From Mobula hypostoma (taxonomy: Eukaryota), in the NCBI RefSeq assembly GCF_963921235.1, contig NC_086107.1:93808001-93872000 (forward strand): a stretch of DNA of 64,000 nt. Reading direction: 5' to 3'. Position 1 is the first letter of the stretch; every line of letters starts with the position of its first letter. The notes beneath the pieces are model-generated. The model did no database searches. It was not told where the DNA came from and worked only from the letters and a program-made list of their open reading frames with translations. Shown piece by piece: positions 12,444 through 25,310 of this stretch. The position numbers were made by a program, and so were the translations under genes.

Positions 12444-13439
12444 AGGATACTCTCCACTGTGCATCTGTAGAATGCCATATCTATGCAAACTTCTAAGAAA
12501 GTAGAGGCATTGTTGTGCCTTCTTTGTGTGGCACTTACATGCTGGTCCCAGGATGCAAGTGTGATCAACTCTGAGTCAGGGAGAAGCTCAGTTAGCTACA
12601 GGGGAAGTATTTAGAGTATCTTCTGATCCTCTGACACATTAACACCAACTATTGACCCTCTCCATCTCCAAACCCTGAATGAGGAATGTTTGATGAACCT
12701 CTGTCTTCCTCCTCTTGTAGTCGATATTCAGCTCTTTGCTTCAAGGGAATAATAATCACATTATGTTGCCTTTTCCCTAGAGGCCGCCATTAATCAAAGT
12801 CCAAGGCACATTTATTATCTCCTTACAGGCAACCAGAAAACAAAGAAACCCAGTAGAAGCCATTAAAAAAAAGACCGCCTAACTCCCAAGGTGCAGGGTG
12901 ATTAAAAACACAAATAGTGCAAACAATAAAAGAAGGCAAATAACATTCAGAACTGAAGTTCATGAAGGTGAGTTCACAGCCACGAAGCCAGTCACAGCCG
13001 ATCTAGGAGCCCGTTAGTTGCAGGCCACAGCCTCAGTTCAGCACAGAGATCAGTAAACCTCACGAGCAGCAGGCTTAACCCTGGCCCACCCCTTGCCTCC
13101 GGCCCAACACCCTGACTTCTTCAATCTTAAATCAGCCAAACCTAGGGTCACTCCTCGCTCCTGGGCCCAGGCTCCGCCCTTTGATACGCTCTCGGGCCTG
13201 GGCCCAGCCGCCTCGATTCGACCTGTCCCTGGCCTTTCCAATCTGGCCCAGCACTTAAAACAGTCAAACTTTGGGTTGGTCCTCACTCTTGGACCGAATT
13301 AATCCAAACTAGCCATTCTAACTGCTTCTTTATACTTCCCCTGCAGCTGACTGATTTTCTCCCTGACTCCGAGTTGATTACATTTGCACTCACTTTGTAA
13401 CTAGTTCTACTCTGGAGCATGGATGAGGGTGGGCAGCTG

Positions 13440-15115
13440 ATGAAACAGATCTGCAAACTGAACTTTCTCAAAGAACTTGATAGAATTTACTGCAGACAAG
13501 TGTGAGATGTTGCACTTTGGGAGGGCAAACCAAGGTGGGACTTACACAGTGAATGGTAGCACATTGAGGAGTGCGGAAGAACAGAGGGACCTTGGAATAC
13601 AGATCCATAATTCCTTGGAAGTATCACCTTTCTATTGAACATTAAATAGAATTCATGTCATTGTCTGCTCAGAAAAAATCTGATATGGTGAAAGGGGTGG
13701 AAAAAGTTGTTTCTAAAGCCTTGAGTGGTTAAGAATGTGTGCAACAGCTCTCTAGTAGTCAAAAAGTTAAAAAATCTGACAAAAATCATCACTAAAAATG
13801 CCTTTTCTGAGGTAAATTATGTTAAATTATCACCGCAGAATCGTTGCAGATGGAGTACCGATGCCCAGACATCTGGCCCAGCTGAGAGGTTGGATGCCGA
13901 GCTGATTTGAAGAGCTCGAGAGCGGCTTCAGGCTGGGTGGCGAAACCTGGGTCCCAAGTGAGTCACTGGGCAGTGTGGTCTAGGCCCTGAGCCCTTTGCA
14001 GTATTCTGGTCTTGGTGCGAGGTACAATACACTGTTTAGACAATTTAAAAGCTGGCCCAGTTCAGAGGTGAGAGCTGATTTCACTTGCCCTCCACGATGT
14101 TCACTCCTCTCTCCAGGGATTCGGAGCCTTTCCCTGTGCCTTCGTTTAGTCAATTTAAACACCAGCCCAGACAGACTGAAAAGACATTGTGTCGGTCAGG
14201 ATGAGAGCCGATTTCACTTACTCTTCGCGATGGTCATCTCCATGGCACTGAGGCTGTGAAGACTGCCCCGGTGGCTGTGCTCTGTGCCCGCTAATATGAT
14301 GAACTGATAAGTCAGGCTTTGGGCCTACTCTGGGGTTTGGATCTGAGGGCTCAATTTTGGTTCAGATTGTTGTTGCTCACTTCAATTGTTTGCATGATTT
14401 GTGTTTTTTTTCTTTCTCTTGCATACCTTTTATTTTTATTTTTATTTTTTTTAATTGGGTTCTTTTGGGTTTCTTGCTTCATGGCTACCTGTGAGCAAGC
14501 AAACCTCAAGGTTGTATAATTTATACTCTCTTTGGTAATAAATGTACTTGAATCTCTGAATCCTTGAGTGGGTGCCTTCAAAGTGAAGTTGTATGAGACA
14601 TTGGTGTGGCCTAATTTGGAGTATTGTGTGCAGTTCTGCTCATCTACCTGCATGAAAATATCAAAAGGATTGAAAGAATACAGAGAAAATTTACAAGAAT
14701 GTCGCTGGGACTTGAGGACTTGAGTTTAGGGAAAAGACTGACTAAGTTAAGACTTTATTCCCTAGAGCATAGAAGATTGAGAGGAGATTTGATAGAGAGA
14801 TACAAAATTTTGAAGAGTATAGATAGGGTAAATGCAAGCAGGTTTTTCTCCCCCCACTGAGGTTGGGCGAGACTGCAACTGAAGGTCATGGGTTAAGGGT
14901 GAAAGGTGAAGTGTTTAAGAGGAGCGTGAGAGGGAACTTCTTCACTCAGGGTAGTGAGAGTGTGGAACGAGCTGCCAGCGGACATGGTGGATGCGGGTTC
15001 AGTTTGAACATTGAAGTGGAGTTTGGGTAACTACATGGATGGAAGGTGCAGCCAGGACTAGGCAGAATAATAGTTCAGCAAAGACTAGACGGGCCGAAGG
15101 GGCTGTTTCTCTGCT
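13440..15115 (+). mobile_element. CR1 3' remnant interrupted by a non-coding retroposon (~13800-14545)
   Basis: DKCEMLHFGRANQG at ~13495; IERIQRKFTRM...LYSLEHRRLRGDLIE at 14624-14860. Confidence 0.75.
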
Positions 15116-15649
15116 CAAGGTAAAAGTTACCTTCTCGTACAAAAGCCACCATGGGGTTAAGGAACCAGGCAGCAGCTGAGGCATGAGGCAGTGTTTTGCG
15201 GTGATTCTGAGCAAGTTACAGAACCTTATTTGCACTGAGCTAATGTTTTTGGCCTCTTCTCTGACAGATGAAGCTGGTCGAACAGACAGCCGTAACAAAG
15301 AGAGTCGTTCAACTCCCGCTGCACTCTCTTTGTTTTGATATTTTGTCCAAACAACCAAAGGGGCTTTCACGGAACAACCTGGGCCAACCTATCGCCCAGA
15401 AGCAAGGCCGGTAAACAACAAAAGATGAAGATAATTACAGCCCTGGGTCACGAATAATTCAAACCAGCTCTGTTCTGCTGTCACCACCTAATTCCCCCTT
15501 TCCCTCGAAGTGTGTGTTAAACTCACACTCATGCTGTGACTGTGAAACAACCACGGATACTAAACAAATGGCTCGTCGATGTGCGGGGTGGGGGTCCCTG
15601 GAAGGTTCGAGAAAAGGGGCAAGAGAAAGGAACTAGAACTGGAATTGTC

Positions 15650-16370
15650 ATATGGCATAGAAACAGGACCTTCAGCCCATCTAGTCCATGCTGAATTATT
15701 ATTCTGCCTAGTCCCATTGACCTGTACCCAGACTATTTTCCGCCATACACCTCCCATCCATGTATCCAAATTTTTCTTAAATATTGAGCTCAAACCTGCA
15801 TCCAACATTTCCACTGGCAGCTCCTTCCACAATTGCACCAACTCTGAAGTTCCCCCTCAGGTTCCCCTTAAATAGTTCACCTTTCACCCTTAACCTACAA
15901 CCTCTACTTCTAGTCTCACCCAACCTTAGGGAAAAGGCTACTTGCATTTACCCTATCTATACCCCTCATAATTTTGTACATCTCTATCAAAACTCGTCCC
16001 ATTCTTCTACGCTCCAGGGAATAAAGTTCTAACCTATTCAGCCTTTCTCCCATAACTCAGTTCCTCAAGTCCCAGCATCATCCTCGTTATGTGTTGCAAC
16101 TCCAAAAGCTAATCAAAAGAAAAACATGGGAGCAGGGGGGTAAACGCATCCTCTTGGTTTTTACTTTAATTTCTCTTTTAGCGAGGCCCACACATGTGAC
16201 GCGGTGGCATAATAACGCATGTCATTCACGTACTTTTACAATAACCCATAATGAATTATGTAAACAAACAAAGGCTTAAATAAACAATATATTTACAATA
16301 TTACTCAAATATTATTGGTATATTAAATACAATACTATCCTTATAAATTTTCTCAGTACTTTTTCAATCT
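15650..16370 (-). mobile_element. CR1 3' remnant with a ~250-bp insertion (16085-16337, possible decayed solo LTR)
   Basis: CR1 tail catagaaacagg; insertion flanked by tcct on both sides. Confidence 0.65.
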
Positions 16371-16512
16371 TACTGGTTTATTATTGTCACATGATAGAAA
16401 AAAATCGGCTTTATTTTTTGTGTGTACATTGGAACATCGAAACACAGTGACTGCATTGTTTTGCATCAATGACCAACACAGTCCAAGGATTGTGCTTGGG
16501 ACAGCCTGTATA

Positions 16513-16918
16513 CAGTATTATACAAAAGTCTTAGGCACATGTAAAAAAATTCTGTAAAGCACAGATGCTTTCAAAATTAATGAAATATCAAAAAAAATAT
16601 AAAGAGCAGAGAACAGTAAAAAATTAAATTAAATCAATATTTGGTATGACTGCCCTTTGCCTTTCAAACTGCATAAATCCTCTTTGGTACACTGTGTGCA
16701 TTTTTATAATAAAATCAGCTGGTAGATTGTTACTAGCATCTTGGAGAACTTGTCACAGTTCTTCTGCAGACTTTGTCTGTCTCGCTTGCTTCTGTCTCTC
16801 CAGGTAATCCCAGACAGACTCGATGATGTTGAGATCAGGGCACTGTGGAGGCCATACATCCGAAACCATATATAAAAATAAATAAGTCGAGGATGCCTAA
16901 GACTTTTGCACGGTACTG
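16513..16918. mobile_element. Non-autonomous Tc1-type element
   Basis: TA-flanked TIRs cagtattatacaaaagtcttaggca / tgcctaagacttttgcacggtactg. Confidence 0.85.
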
Positions 16919-17019
16919 TATGCGCTGAGAGGTACAGTGAAAAATGTGCCCTCACTACAAAGGAAAACAATAACTGAGAGCAGGATAAAATGTGCCGGAC
17001 TCAGAGAAAATGCAGTGCA

Positions 17020-17690
17020 GGTTCAAAGTAAATTTATTATCAAAAGGCATACGTGTCGCCATGTACAACCCTCAGATTCATTTTCTTGCGGGCATACACA
17101 GTAATCTAAGAAACACAATAGAACCAATGAAAGACTGCACCCAGCAGAAGGGGCAAACAACCAGTGTGTAAAAGACAAAAAACTGCAAATACAAAAGAAG
17201 AAATACATAATCATAATAAATAAATAAACAATAAATATCGATTCATGAGATGAAGAGTCCTTTTTCGAGTCCATAGATTATGGGCACAGTTCAGAGACGG
17301 GGTCAGTGAAGTTATCCCCGCTGGTTCAATAGCCTGATGGTTGAGGGTAACTGTTCCTGAACCTGGTGATGTGAGTCCTGAGGCTCCTGTACCTTCGCCT
17401 TGATGGCAGGAGCAAGAAAAAAGCATGAACTGAACGGTGGGGCCCTTGGCGATGGATGCTTCTTTCCTGCGACAGCGCTCTGTGTAGACGTGATGAATGG
17501 TGGGGAGGGCTTTACCCATGATGGGTCTGGGCCATATCCACTACTCTTTGTAGAATTTTCCATTCAAGGGCATTGGTGTTTCCATACCAGGCTGTGATGC
17601 AGCCCGTCAATATACTGTCCACCACACATCTATAAAAAGTTTTACATGTCACACCGAATCTTCACAGACTTCTAAGGAAGTAAACAACAA
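17020..17690 (-). mobile_element. Rex1/Babar LINE 3' remnant
   Basis: MGKALPTIHHVYTERCRRKEASI; tail aataaatttactttgaac on the minus strand. Confidence 0.8.
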
Positions 17691-18519
17691 GGTGCAAGAT
17701 CAGAACAAGGTCGTTTATGAGGCCAAGAGTCCATCTTATCACATGTAAGTCTGATAACAACGGATAGAAGCAATACTTGAGGCTAGTGGGACGAGCTTTC
17801 AAGGCTTTTGTACCGTCTGCCTGATGGAAGAGGGGAGAAGAGAGAACGTTCAGGGTGGGTGCGAGCTTTGATATATTGCTGGCTTTGCTGAGACAGCAAG
17901 AAGTATAGACAGAGTCCATGTGGGTTGGGGGGAGAGGACCATGTCGATAACTCCCGATAGTTTCTTGCAGTCATGCACCGATCAAGCTGTGCCTGATCAC
18001 ACCCAAAGTCATTGTAGGGCTTCGAGGTACAATGAACTGGTTTGCGTCCAGGTGACTACTGTTTGAATGGGAACTGTTGCCGCTCTTTGACTGCACAGAA
18101 AGGTCCCAAGAAAAATAAGGAAGCAAAGCACGTTAATAGGACTGCAAATGTGTTTCTGAGGATTAAGGGAATAGTTCAAGGATGGGAAGGTACAAAGTAA
18201 TTTTTTAAGGGGACCAATGTGATGTGACAAATCAAAACAAGGTGTCATTTTTAAACACAAGAAATGGTTTCAGGTGCTGGAAATCTTGAACAACAAATTC
18301 AAAATGTTGGAGGAACTCAGCAGGCCGGGCAGCATCTGTGGAGAGGGAATAACAGTCAATGTTTTGGATGGAAACCCTTCACAGGATGGAAAAGAAGGTG
18401 GAAGTGTACAAGCTGGCAGGTGAGAGGTGAGACCAGGTGGGGTCAGTGGAGGGGAGACCGTTTTTCCTGATGGACTGGGTTAAGGAAACAGATTAGTTCC
18501 TGATTAGTTGAGCTCGTTC

Positions 18520-18950
18520 ATAAGACCATAAGATATAGGAGCAGAATGAGGCCATTCAGCCCATCAAGTCTGCTCTACATTCATTCTTGGCTGATTTATT
18601 TTCCCTCTCCTGCCTTCTTCCTGTAACCTTTGACACCCTGACTAATCAAGAACGTATCAACCTCTGCTTTAAATATACCCAATGACTTGGCTTCCACAGC
18701 TGTCTGTGGGAATGAATTCCACAGATTCACCACCCTCTGGCTAAAGAAATTCCTCCTCATCTCTGTTCTAAAGGAACATCCTTGTATTCTGAAGCTGTGC
18801 CTTTTGGTCCTAGACTCTCCCACTGTTGTAAACATGCTCTCCACATTCACTCTAGGCCTTTCAATATTCAAAAGATTTCAATGAGATCCCCCCTCACTCT
18901 TCTAAACTCCGGTGAGTACAGGCCCAGAGACGTCAAATACTCATCATTCA
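18520..18950 (-). mobile_element. CR1 3' remnant (pLTR remnant just upstream, 18262-18430)
   Basis: FRTEMRRNFFSQRVVNLWNSFPQ. Confidence 0.85.
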
Positions 18951-20070
18951 CTCAAAGACTTCTGTAGATGTACTGTGGAGAGCATTCTGACAGACTGCAT
19001 CACCGTCTGGTATGGTGGGGGGGGGGGGCTACTACACAGGACTGAAAGAAGCTGCAGAGGGTTGTAATTTTAGTCAGCTCTATCTTGGGTACTAGCCTAC
19101 AAAGTACCCAGGACATCTTCAATGAGCGGTGTCTCAGAAAGGCAGTGTCCATTATTCAGGACCTCCAGCACCCAGGACACGCCCTTTTCTCACTGTTACC
19201 ATCAGGTAGAAGGTACCAAAGGTTCGTCCATCATCATCGATGAAGACTTCAACACCATTTGATGGTGCCGAGATTAGCGCTTGATTTGGATTTAAGTGAG
19301 GGAGAGTTGTGCAGCGTCAGCCTCACTCTCTCTTCCCAATTCCCATCTGGATCCAGTGGCAAGACAGAGATGAGCTGGCTGGAGATGGAACTAGGCGCAG
19401 TGGATGACCAGGACGTCTTCTGTGTCTTGTTCTGCTCTACACATTCCACGACGCTTGCAGAGACCGCCTTCTTGACCGTTGGACCTTCCATTGGTCTCGT
19501 CCGCTCAATCTGCCGGAGTCTGTCTTCACGTGCTGGGATGGACAACTCCCTATCTCACCGAGGGTTTGAGACCCGTCAGCTACCCTCACCTGGTTTAGCC
19601 AGCTTGTCGAAGCCGTTGCCCGGGGTGTGGCCGCTGTCGCATGCAAACAGCTACGGGGAGCCATAGGTGAGAGCTGAGTGCCAGGTGGGGACCAAAGGTG
19701 GACTAATCGCCTTGAAAAGGGCGCGACATGTTCCCCCACCAGAGGTGCTACCCCTCCCTGACACCCTATACACCACTACAGGAGGTACAGAAGCCTGAAG
19801 GCATGCACTCAGCAATTCAGGAACAGCTTCTTCCCCTCTGTCATACAATTCCTAAATGAACATTGAACCCGTGAACACTACCTCACTTTTTAAATATATA
19901 TTATTTCTGTTTTTAGCGTGATTTAAAATCACATACACTGTAATTGATTTATTTATTATTATTATTATTTTCTTTTTCTTCTAGATTATGTATTGCATTG
20001 AACTGCTGCCGCTAAGTTAACAAATTTCATGACACATGCCAGTGATAATAAACCTGATTCTGATTCTGAT
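18950..20070 (+). mobile_element. Rex1/Babar LINE 3' remnant
   Basis: RCTVESILTDCITVWYG...DLQHPGHALFSLLPSGRR; tail aataaacctgattctgattctga. Confidence 0.85.
19217..19779 (-). mobile_element. Non-coding RTE-related retroposon
   Basis: Interrupts the Rex PSGRRY codons; TSD agaaggtac / aggaggtac (19208-19216, 19780-19788); (gat)n near the 3' end; RTE-like 5' UTR. Confidence 0.65.
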
Positions 20071-20159
20071 CCTGATACATTAACCCTTTCATTCTGGGAA
20101 TCACTCTTGTGCACTTCCCCTGGACCCTCCAGACTCTGTCTGCCTCTACAGAAGGAAAC

Positions 20160-20822
20160 CTCAGTAAGAGGCATTTCATCTGCTCCTGATGTGGCCTATT
20201 CTACATTGGTGAGACGTGACGTAAACTGGGGGACCACTTCATTGACCATCTCTGCTCCATCTGCCAAAAGCGGAATGTCCTGGTGGCCAAAAATTTTAAT
20301 TCCCATTCCCGTTCCCACATATCAGTCATGGCATCTTCTTGTTCCATGATGAGGCCACCCTCGGGGTGGAGGAGCAACACCTTATATTCCATCTGGGTAG
20401 CCTCCAACCTGATGGCATGAATACCGATTTCTCCTTCTGATAAAAAAAATTTCCCTCCCTCTCCCCTCTTTTTCAATTCTCCATTCTGGCCTCTTACCTG
20501 CAACTGCCTATCACCTCCCTCTGGGTCCCCTCCTCCTTCCCTTTCTCCTATGGTCCACTCTCCTCTCCTATCAGATTCCTTCCCCTCCAGCCCTTTACCT
20601 TTCCTACCCACCTTGCTTCACCTATCATCTTCCAGCTATCCTCCTTCCCCTTCCCCCTCCTTTTTAATCTGGCTTCTTCCCCCTTCCTTTCCAACCTTGA
20701 AGAGAGGATTCAGCCCAGAACTGTTTATTCATTTCCATAGATGCTGCCTGACCTGCTGAGTTCCTCCAGCAGTTTGTGTATTGTGCTCTGTATTTCCAGC
20801 TTCTGCCGAATCCCTTGCGTTT
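20160..20822 (+). mobile_element. PLE 3' end (decayed GIY-YIG plus pLTR)
   Basis: YIGET and DEATLGVEEQHLIFHLGSLQPDGMN. Confidence 0.85.
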
Positions 20823-21487
20823 AATCTCCCTAGTTCAGATGTGTTATCACCGACTTCCTTGTATCTCTGAGAAAAGATGACCTGAGGAAATTGTTCACCT
20901 GACTGGAGCTCACACACACACAGTGATGCTTGTGTGCTGGATCAATCTTCTCTGACTCTTAACGTTGAGATTTTGTCTAGTTTTTGATAGCTTGCATGAC
21001 TGACAAATTTCACTTCCGGCTCACAGTCCGTCTACTTGGGGAGAGTTGCTACCAGCACTGATCTTAACAAGACAGCTTCACAACCAGGACCAACTTGAAC
21101 AAGACAGTCTCACCTTTTAACAAGAGAGTCTCACAACAATGTCTCCCTTTAATGAGAGAATCCTAGCATGAATTCTTTTAATGGCGACATTCTGTTCTCT
21201 GGTTCTAGGCTCTCCGCGTACACTCAGTCAAGGCCTTTCAATATTCGATAGATTTCAATGAGATCTCATTCATTCTTCGAAACTCCAGCAAGTACAGGCC
21301 CAGAGTCATCAAACGTTCCTCGTGCATTAACACTTTCACTCCCGAGATCAATCTTGGGATTCCCTGTTTGGACTCTCTCCAATGCCAGCACATCTTTTCG
21401 TAGATAAAGGGTCCAAAGCTGCTCACAGTACTCCAAGTGCAGTCTGACCGATACCCTAAAAGGGCTCAAGTTAATGTGATATAGTGT

Positions 21488-21790
21488 GGGCACGTGGCCA
21501 AGTGGTTAAGGCATTCGTCTAGTGATTTGAAGGGCGCTAGCTCGAGCCTTGGCTGAGGCAGCATGTGTGTCCTTGAGCAAGGTACTTAACCACACATTGC
21601 TCTGCGATGACACTGGTGCCAAGCTGTATGGGTCCTAGTGCCCTTCCCTTGGACAACATTGGTGTTGTGGAGAGGGGAGACTTGCAGCATGGGCAACTGC
21701 CAGTCTTCCATACAACCTTGCCCAGGCCTGCGCCCATTTCCAAGGTGCAAACCCATGTTCTCACGAGACTAATGAACGCCTATAAATAGA
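21488..21790 (+). mobile_element. tRNA-derived SINE
   Basis: gtggccaagtggttaaggc A box; core tgtgtccttgagcaaggtacttaacc; second copy at 43095-43350. Confidence 0.8.
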
Positions 21791-23214
21791 CATATGAAGT
21801 AAGTAAGTTATCTGATTTTATAGTCAACACCTCTATTATTGAAGGCAAGCAAGCCACATGCCTTCTTTAGCACCTAAAACATTTTAGGGCCCAGAACATT
21901 ACTGGCCATGTCTGTATGTAGATGCTGCCTGGCCCACCGAGCTCCTCCAGCATTTTTAGGGGTGATTCTTGATCTTGTCTCTTACTGTACGGTGACAATG
22001 AGGGAGCTGAACACCTGCATTCCAAAATAAATAAAGGTAAAGAGGACTTTCTACATTTACACAAAGGGGCAAGTCAAAACTTGCCTCAACGCCACATCCA
22101 CAAACGACACCTCGGCGGATTTACCAGATCCTCAGTACTGCGCACAGAAGTGCTGGAGCTGGCTGACAGTCCATTGTAAAGTGCTGCTGATCAAGGCATG
22201 GCCGTCAACAACGAACTGAATCCCCTTCAGTGTGTTCCTGCTACTTATGAAAGGATTTAGTGTGTCAGAGGTGTGAGCCTGTTGGTATTCCTGGCATTGC
22301 TGGGCGAGTGGTTTGTTCAGGCTTTGGCAAGGTGACAGTAACAATGATTCGAACCTTTCACCCCCTCAACCAGCGATGGCGAGCCTCAAACATTCTGCAT
22401 ATGTCAGATGCCCGCCTTATTCCTTTGCATTAACAGCTTCTGCTCATAGAAATGAATGAGGGGCTGTGTCAGACTCTAAAATTATTCAAAAGAAGATACC
22501 CTCACGTCCCCCAAGGCACTATGACATCTTCCATGAGCTCTGCACGACCGATCTGAAAATCATTAAGGAGGGCAACATGAACACACTTTGGAAAAGTCAC
22601 AGCAAAAGCCTCCGACTTGTGTCCAGCACAGATATCATGGGTCAGAGCGCATGTTTCCTGGGCTGTGCTCTTCTGTGTCCTTACTGCTCCAAAGTCACAT
22701 CGCAGTGCCGTGGGACATAGGAATGCTGGCAATGTTTGACAACTTCTAGGCCTAACCCGTATAGAAACTTTTTCCCATGGGCAGGTCTGTGGCCCCAGCA
22801 GGAAGAGGATACACACAGGAGTCAGGTCTTCCAGAACCTGAAGAGACTTGAGTGGCTGTTGCACATGCTCCTAATGAGCCAGCTCCACAATCCATTGACA
22901 TTTCAAATGCCAACCCACCAACTGTGGATTAGAAATTAATATTGACTTTAATAGCTAGCTTTCATAGCGGTGCCCATGAAACATCCAGAGCATCCGAAAT
23001 CCCGAAATGGTTCACTGATGACCAAGAGACAGAGAGAGAAGAAAACAACAGAGAAAGAGAGGAGAGAAATGGGTAAATAAAGAAAGAAACTTAATGGGTT
23101 TTTATATTCTGTGCTTTTCGCCAGTTCCTTTCCATTTTGTTGGGCAAGGGGAAAAGGTTTGGTGGGGGGGGGGGTTGATGATCTTGTTGGGTTCTGTGCA
23201 GGGGAGGGGGCCTG

Positions 23215-23860
23215 GGGGTCAAAGTTCAAAGTAAAATTTATTATCGGAGTACATACACATCACCACATACAACCCCGAGGTTCTTTTTCCTGCGGGCGTT
23301 CTCAGCAAATCTACAAAACAGTAACTGTAAACAGGATCGATGAATAACAAACTGTGCAAATGCAGTTAATAGATAAATAGCAATAAATAATGAGCGTGAA
23401 ATAACAAGTCCTTAAAGTGAGATCATTAGTTGTTGGAACCCCAGAAACAGAATGAGTGTTGTTATCCCCTCTTGTTCAAGAGCCTGATGGTTGAGGGGTA
23501 GTAACTGTTCCTGAACCTGGTGGTGTGAGGCTCTTGTACCTCAATAACAGCAGTGAGAAAGGAGCATGGCCTGGGTGGTGAGGATCTTTAATGAAGGGCG
23601 CTGCTTTCCTGCGACAGCGTTTCACGTGGATGTGCTCAATTGAGAGGGCGTAACCCGTGATGTACTGGGCCGAATCCATTACCTTTTGTAGGATTTTCCT
23701 CTCAAAGACCTTAGTGTTCCCATTTCAGGCTATAATGCAGCCAGTCAATATACTTTCCACCACACATCGGTAGAAGTTTATCAAGGTTTTTGATAACATG
23801 CCAAATCTCTGTAGAGTCCTCAGTAAGTAGAGGCACTGTCATGCTTTTCTTTGTAATTAC
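23215..23860 (-). mobile_element. Rex1/Babar LINE 3' remnant
   Basis: SAQYITG...KRCRRKAAPFIKDPHHPGHAPFSLL. Confidence 0.8.
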
Positions 23861-25228
23861 GTGTATATGATAGGTCAATGTTCTTGCTACAAATTGTTCA
23901 GGGGGAGGGGGATATGGGGATCAATGTTCTTGTTCTGTTTTGTAGAGGAGGAGAGGAGTTTGGGGGTTGATGTTCTTATTTTGTATTGTATGGGGAGGGG
24001 ATTTGGGGGTTCAATGTTCTTGTTCCATTTTGTATGGGGGAGGGGGTTTCGGGGGGGTAATGTTCAGGAAGCCATTTTTGTGCGGGGGCAAATGAGTTTG
24101 ATGTTTCTCTCTGAACAACCTTCATGTTCTATCTTTGTTTCGTGGCTATCTGGAGAAGACGAATCTCAGAGTTGTGTGCTTTGATAAGAAGTGAACCTTT
24201 GAATCTTTGAAAATAGAGAGAGAAAAAAGACAAAGAAAGAAAGATTAGCGTTATTTGTCACACATGTATATAAAACAGTCAGAACTAGTTTTCAGCATAA
24301 AGACTGACCACAAGGTGAGATTTTTAATTTTTATTATTTTTACTTTGGAGATACAGCACAGTATCAGGCCGATGAGCCTGCACCACACAATTACAGCCAT
24401 GTGATCAACTAACCTACCAATCCATACGTCTTTAGAATGTGGGAGGAAACCCACACGGTCTCAGGGAGAACGTACAAACTCCTTATAGACAGAGGCAGGA
24501 ATTGAACCCCAATCACTGATGCTACCCGCCACACTACCACGACACCCCAAAGAAAGAAATGCTCTTTCTTTGCTCTTTACGGAGCGATAAAATCATAGAA
24601 CATTACAGCAGAGAAACAGGCCCTGCGGCCCATTTACCCCATACTAGCCCAGTCTTTCTTTGCGCTCTCTCTCTCTTTTCTCCTTACTTACAGTAGAGTG
24701 AGTTGATTACTGTTAGTTCTTTGTTAAGAGTATCTAGTAAAATGCTGCAGCCATAAGATTTGCATCTCATTCTTTTAAGCAGCAAGATGGTGTAGCAGTT
24801 AGCATAACGCTTTACCACAACAGTGACTGGGATTGTCTGTAAGGAGTTCTCGCTATGACAGTATGAGTTTCCTTCTGTTGCTTTGGATTCCTACCACTTT
24901 CCAATGACATGCAGATTCTTGTATAGATAACGTACAGGAACTTTGAATTATGATGCACAGTGACAGAAAATAGGAACTGCAAATTCAAAGCAGTGACAAA
25001 TTATTGCAAAAATAATATCTATTTAAAGCCACAAATAAAACGATTTATTTATTTAATTATAGTAAAAACAATTTTCAGACATACATTAGCAGTCCAACTA
25101 TTCAGTACTTCATTGCTTTTTCATCTTTCAATGAGATGGATGGGCTTGCTGCAGTGAGATCAGCTTCTCAGCAACAGGCTGAATATCACTCAGAAGGAGC
25201 CTCAGGTCCCCACATTCAGTAATTTGCT

Positions 25229-25310
25229 CAAGCAACACACATCAAAGTTGCTGGTGAACGCAGCAGGCCAAGCAGCATCTCTAGCATCTGCAGATTTCCT
25301 CGTGATTGCG
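25229..25310. mobile_element. 82-bp collapsed PLE fold-back insertion
   Basis: 14-bp TSD ttcagtaatttgct (25215-25228, 25311-25324); inverted pLTR piece fused to the pLTR tail at agcatct. Confidence 0.85.

Larger units (their letters stand above)
11380..12780 (-). mobile_element. Rex1/Babar LINE remnant hosting two PLE insertions
   Basis: FYRCTVESIL and ASIIEDPRDPGHALFLLLPLDGR motifs. Confidence 0.75.

Noticed and set aside
11462..12488. Recurrent short ORFs (DAAWPAEFLQHF, RKSADAGN, WRNSAGQAAS) as a peptide family
   Set aside because: They are chance translations of the non-coding pLTR repeat on both strands.
21488..21560. tRNA genes here and at 30361 and 43095
   Set aside because: The A/B boxes run on into SINE bodies, without a proper acceptor stem or terminator.
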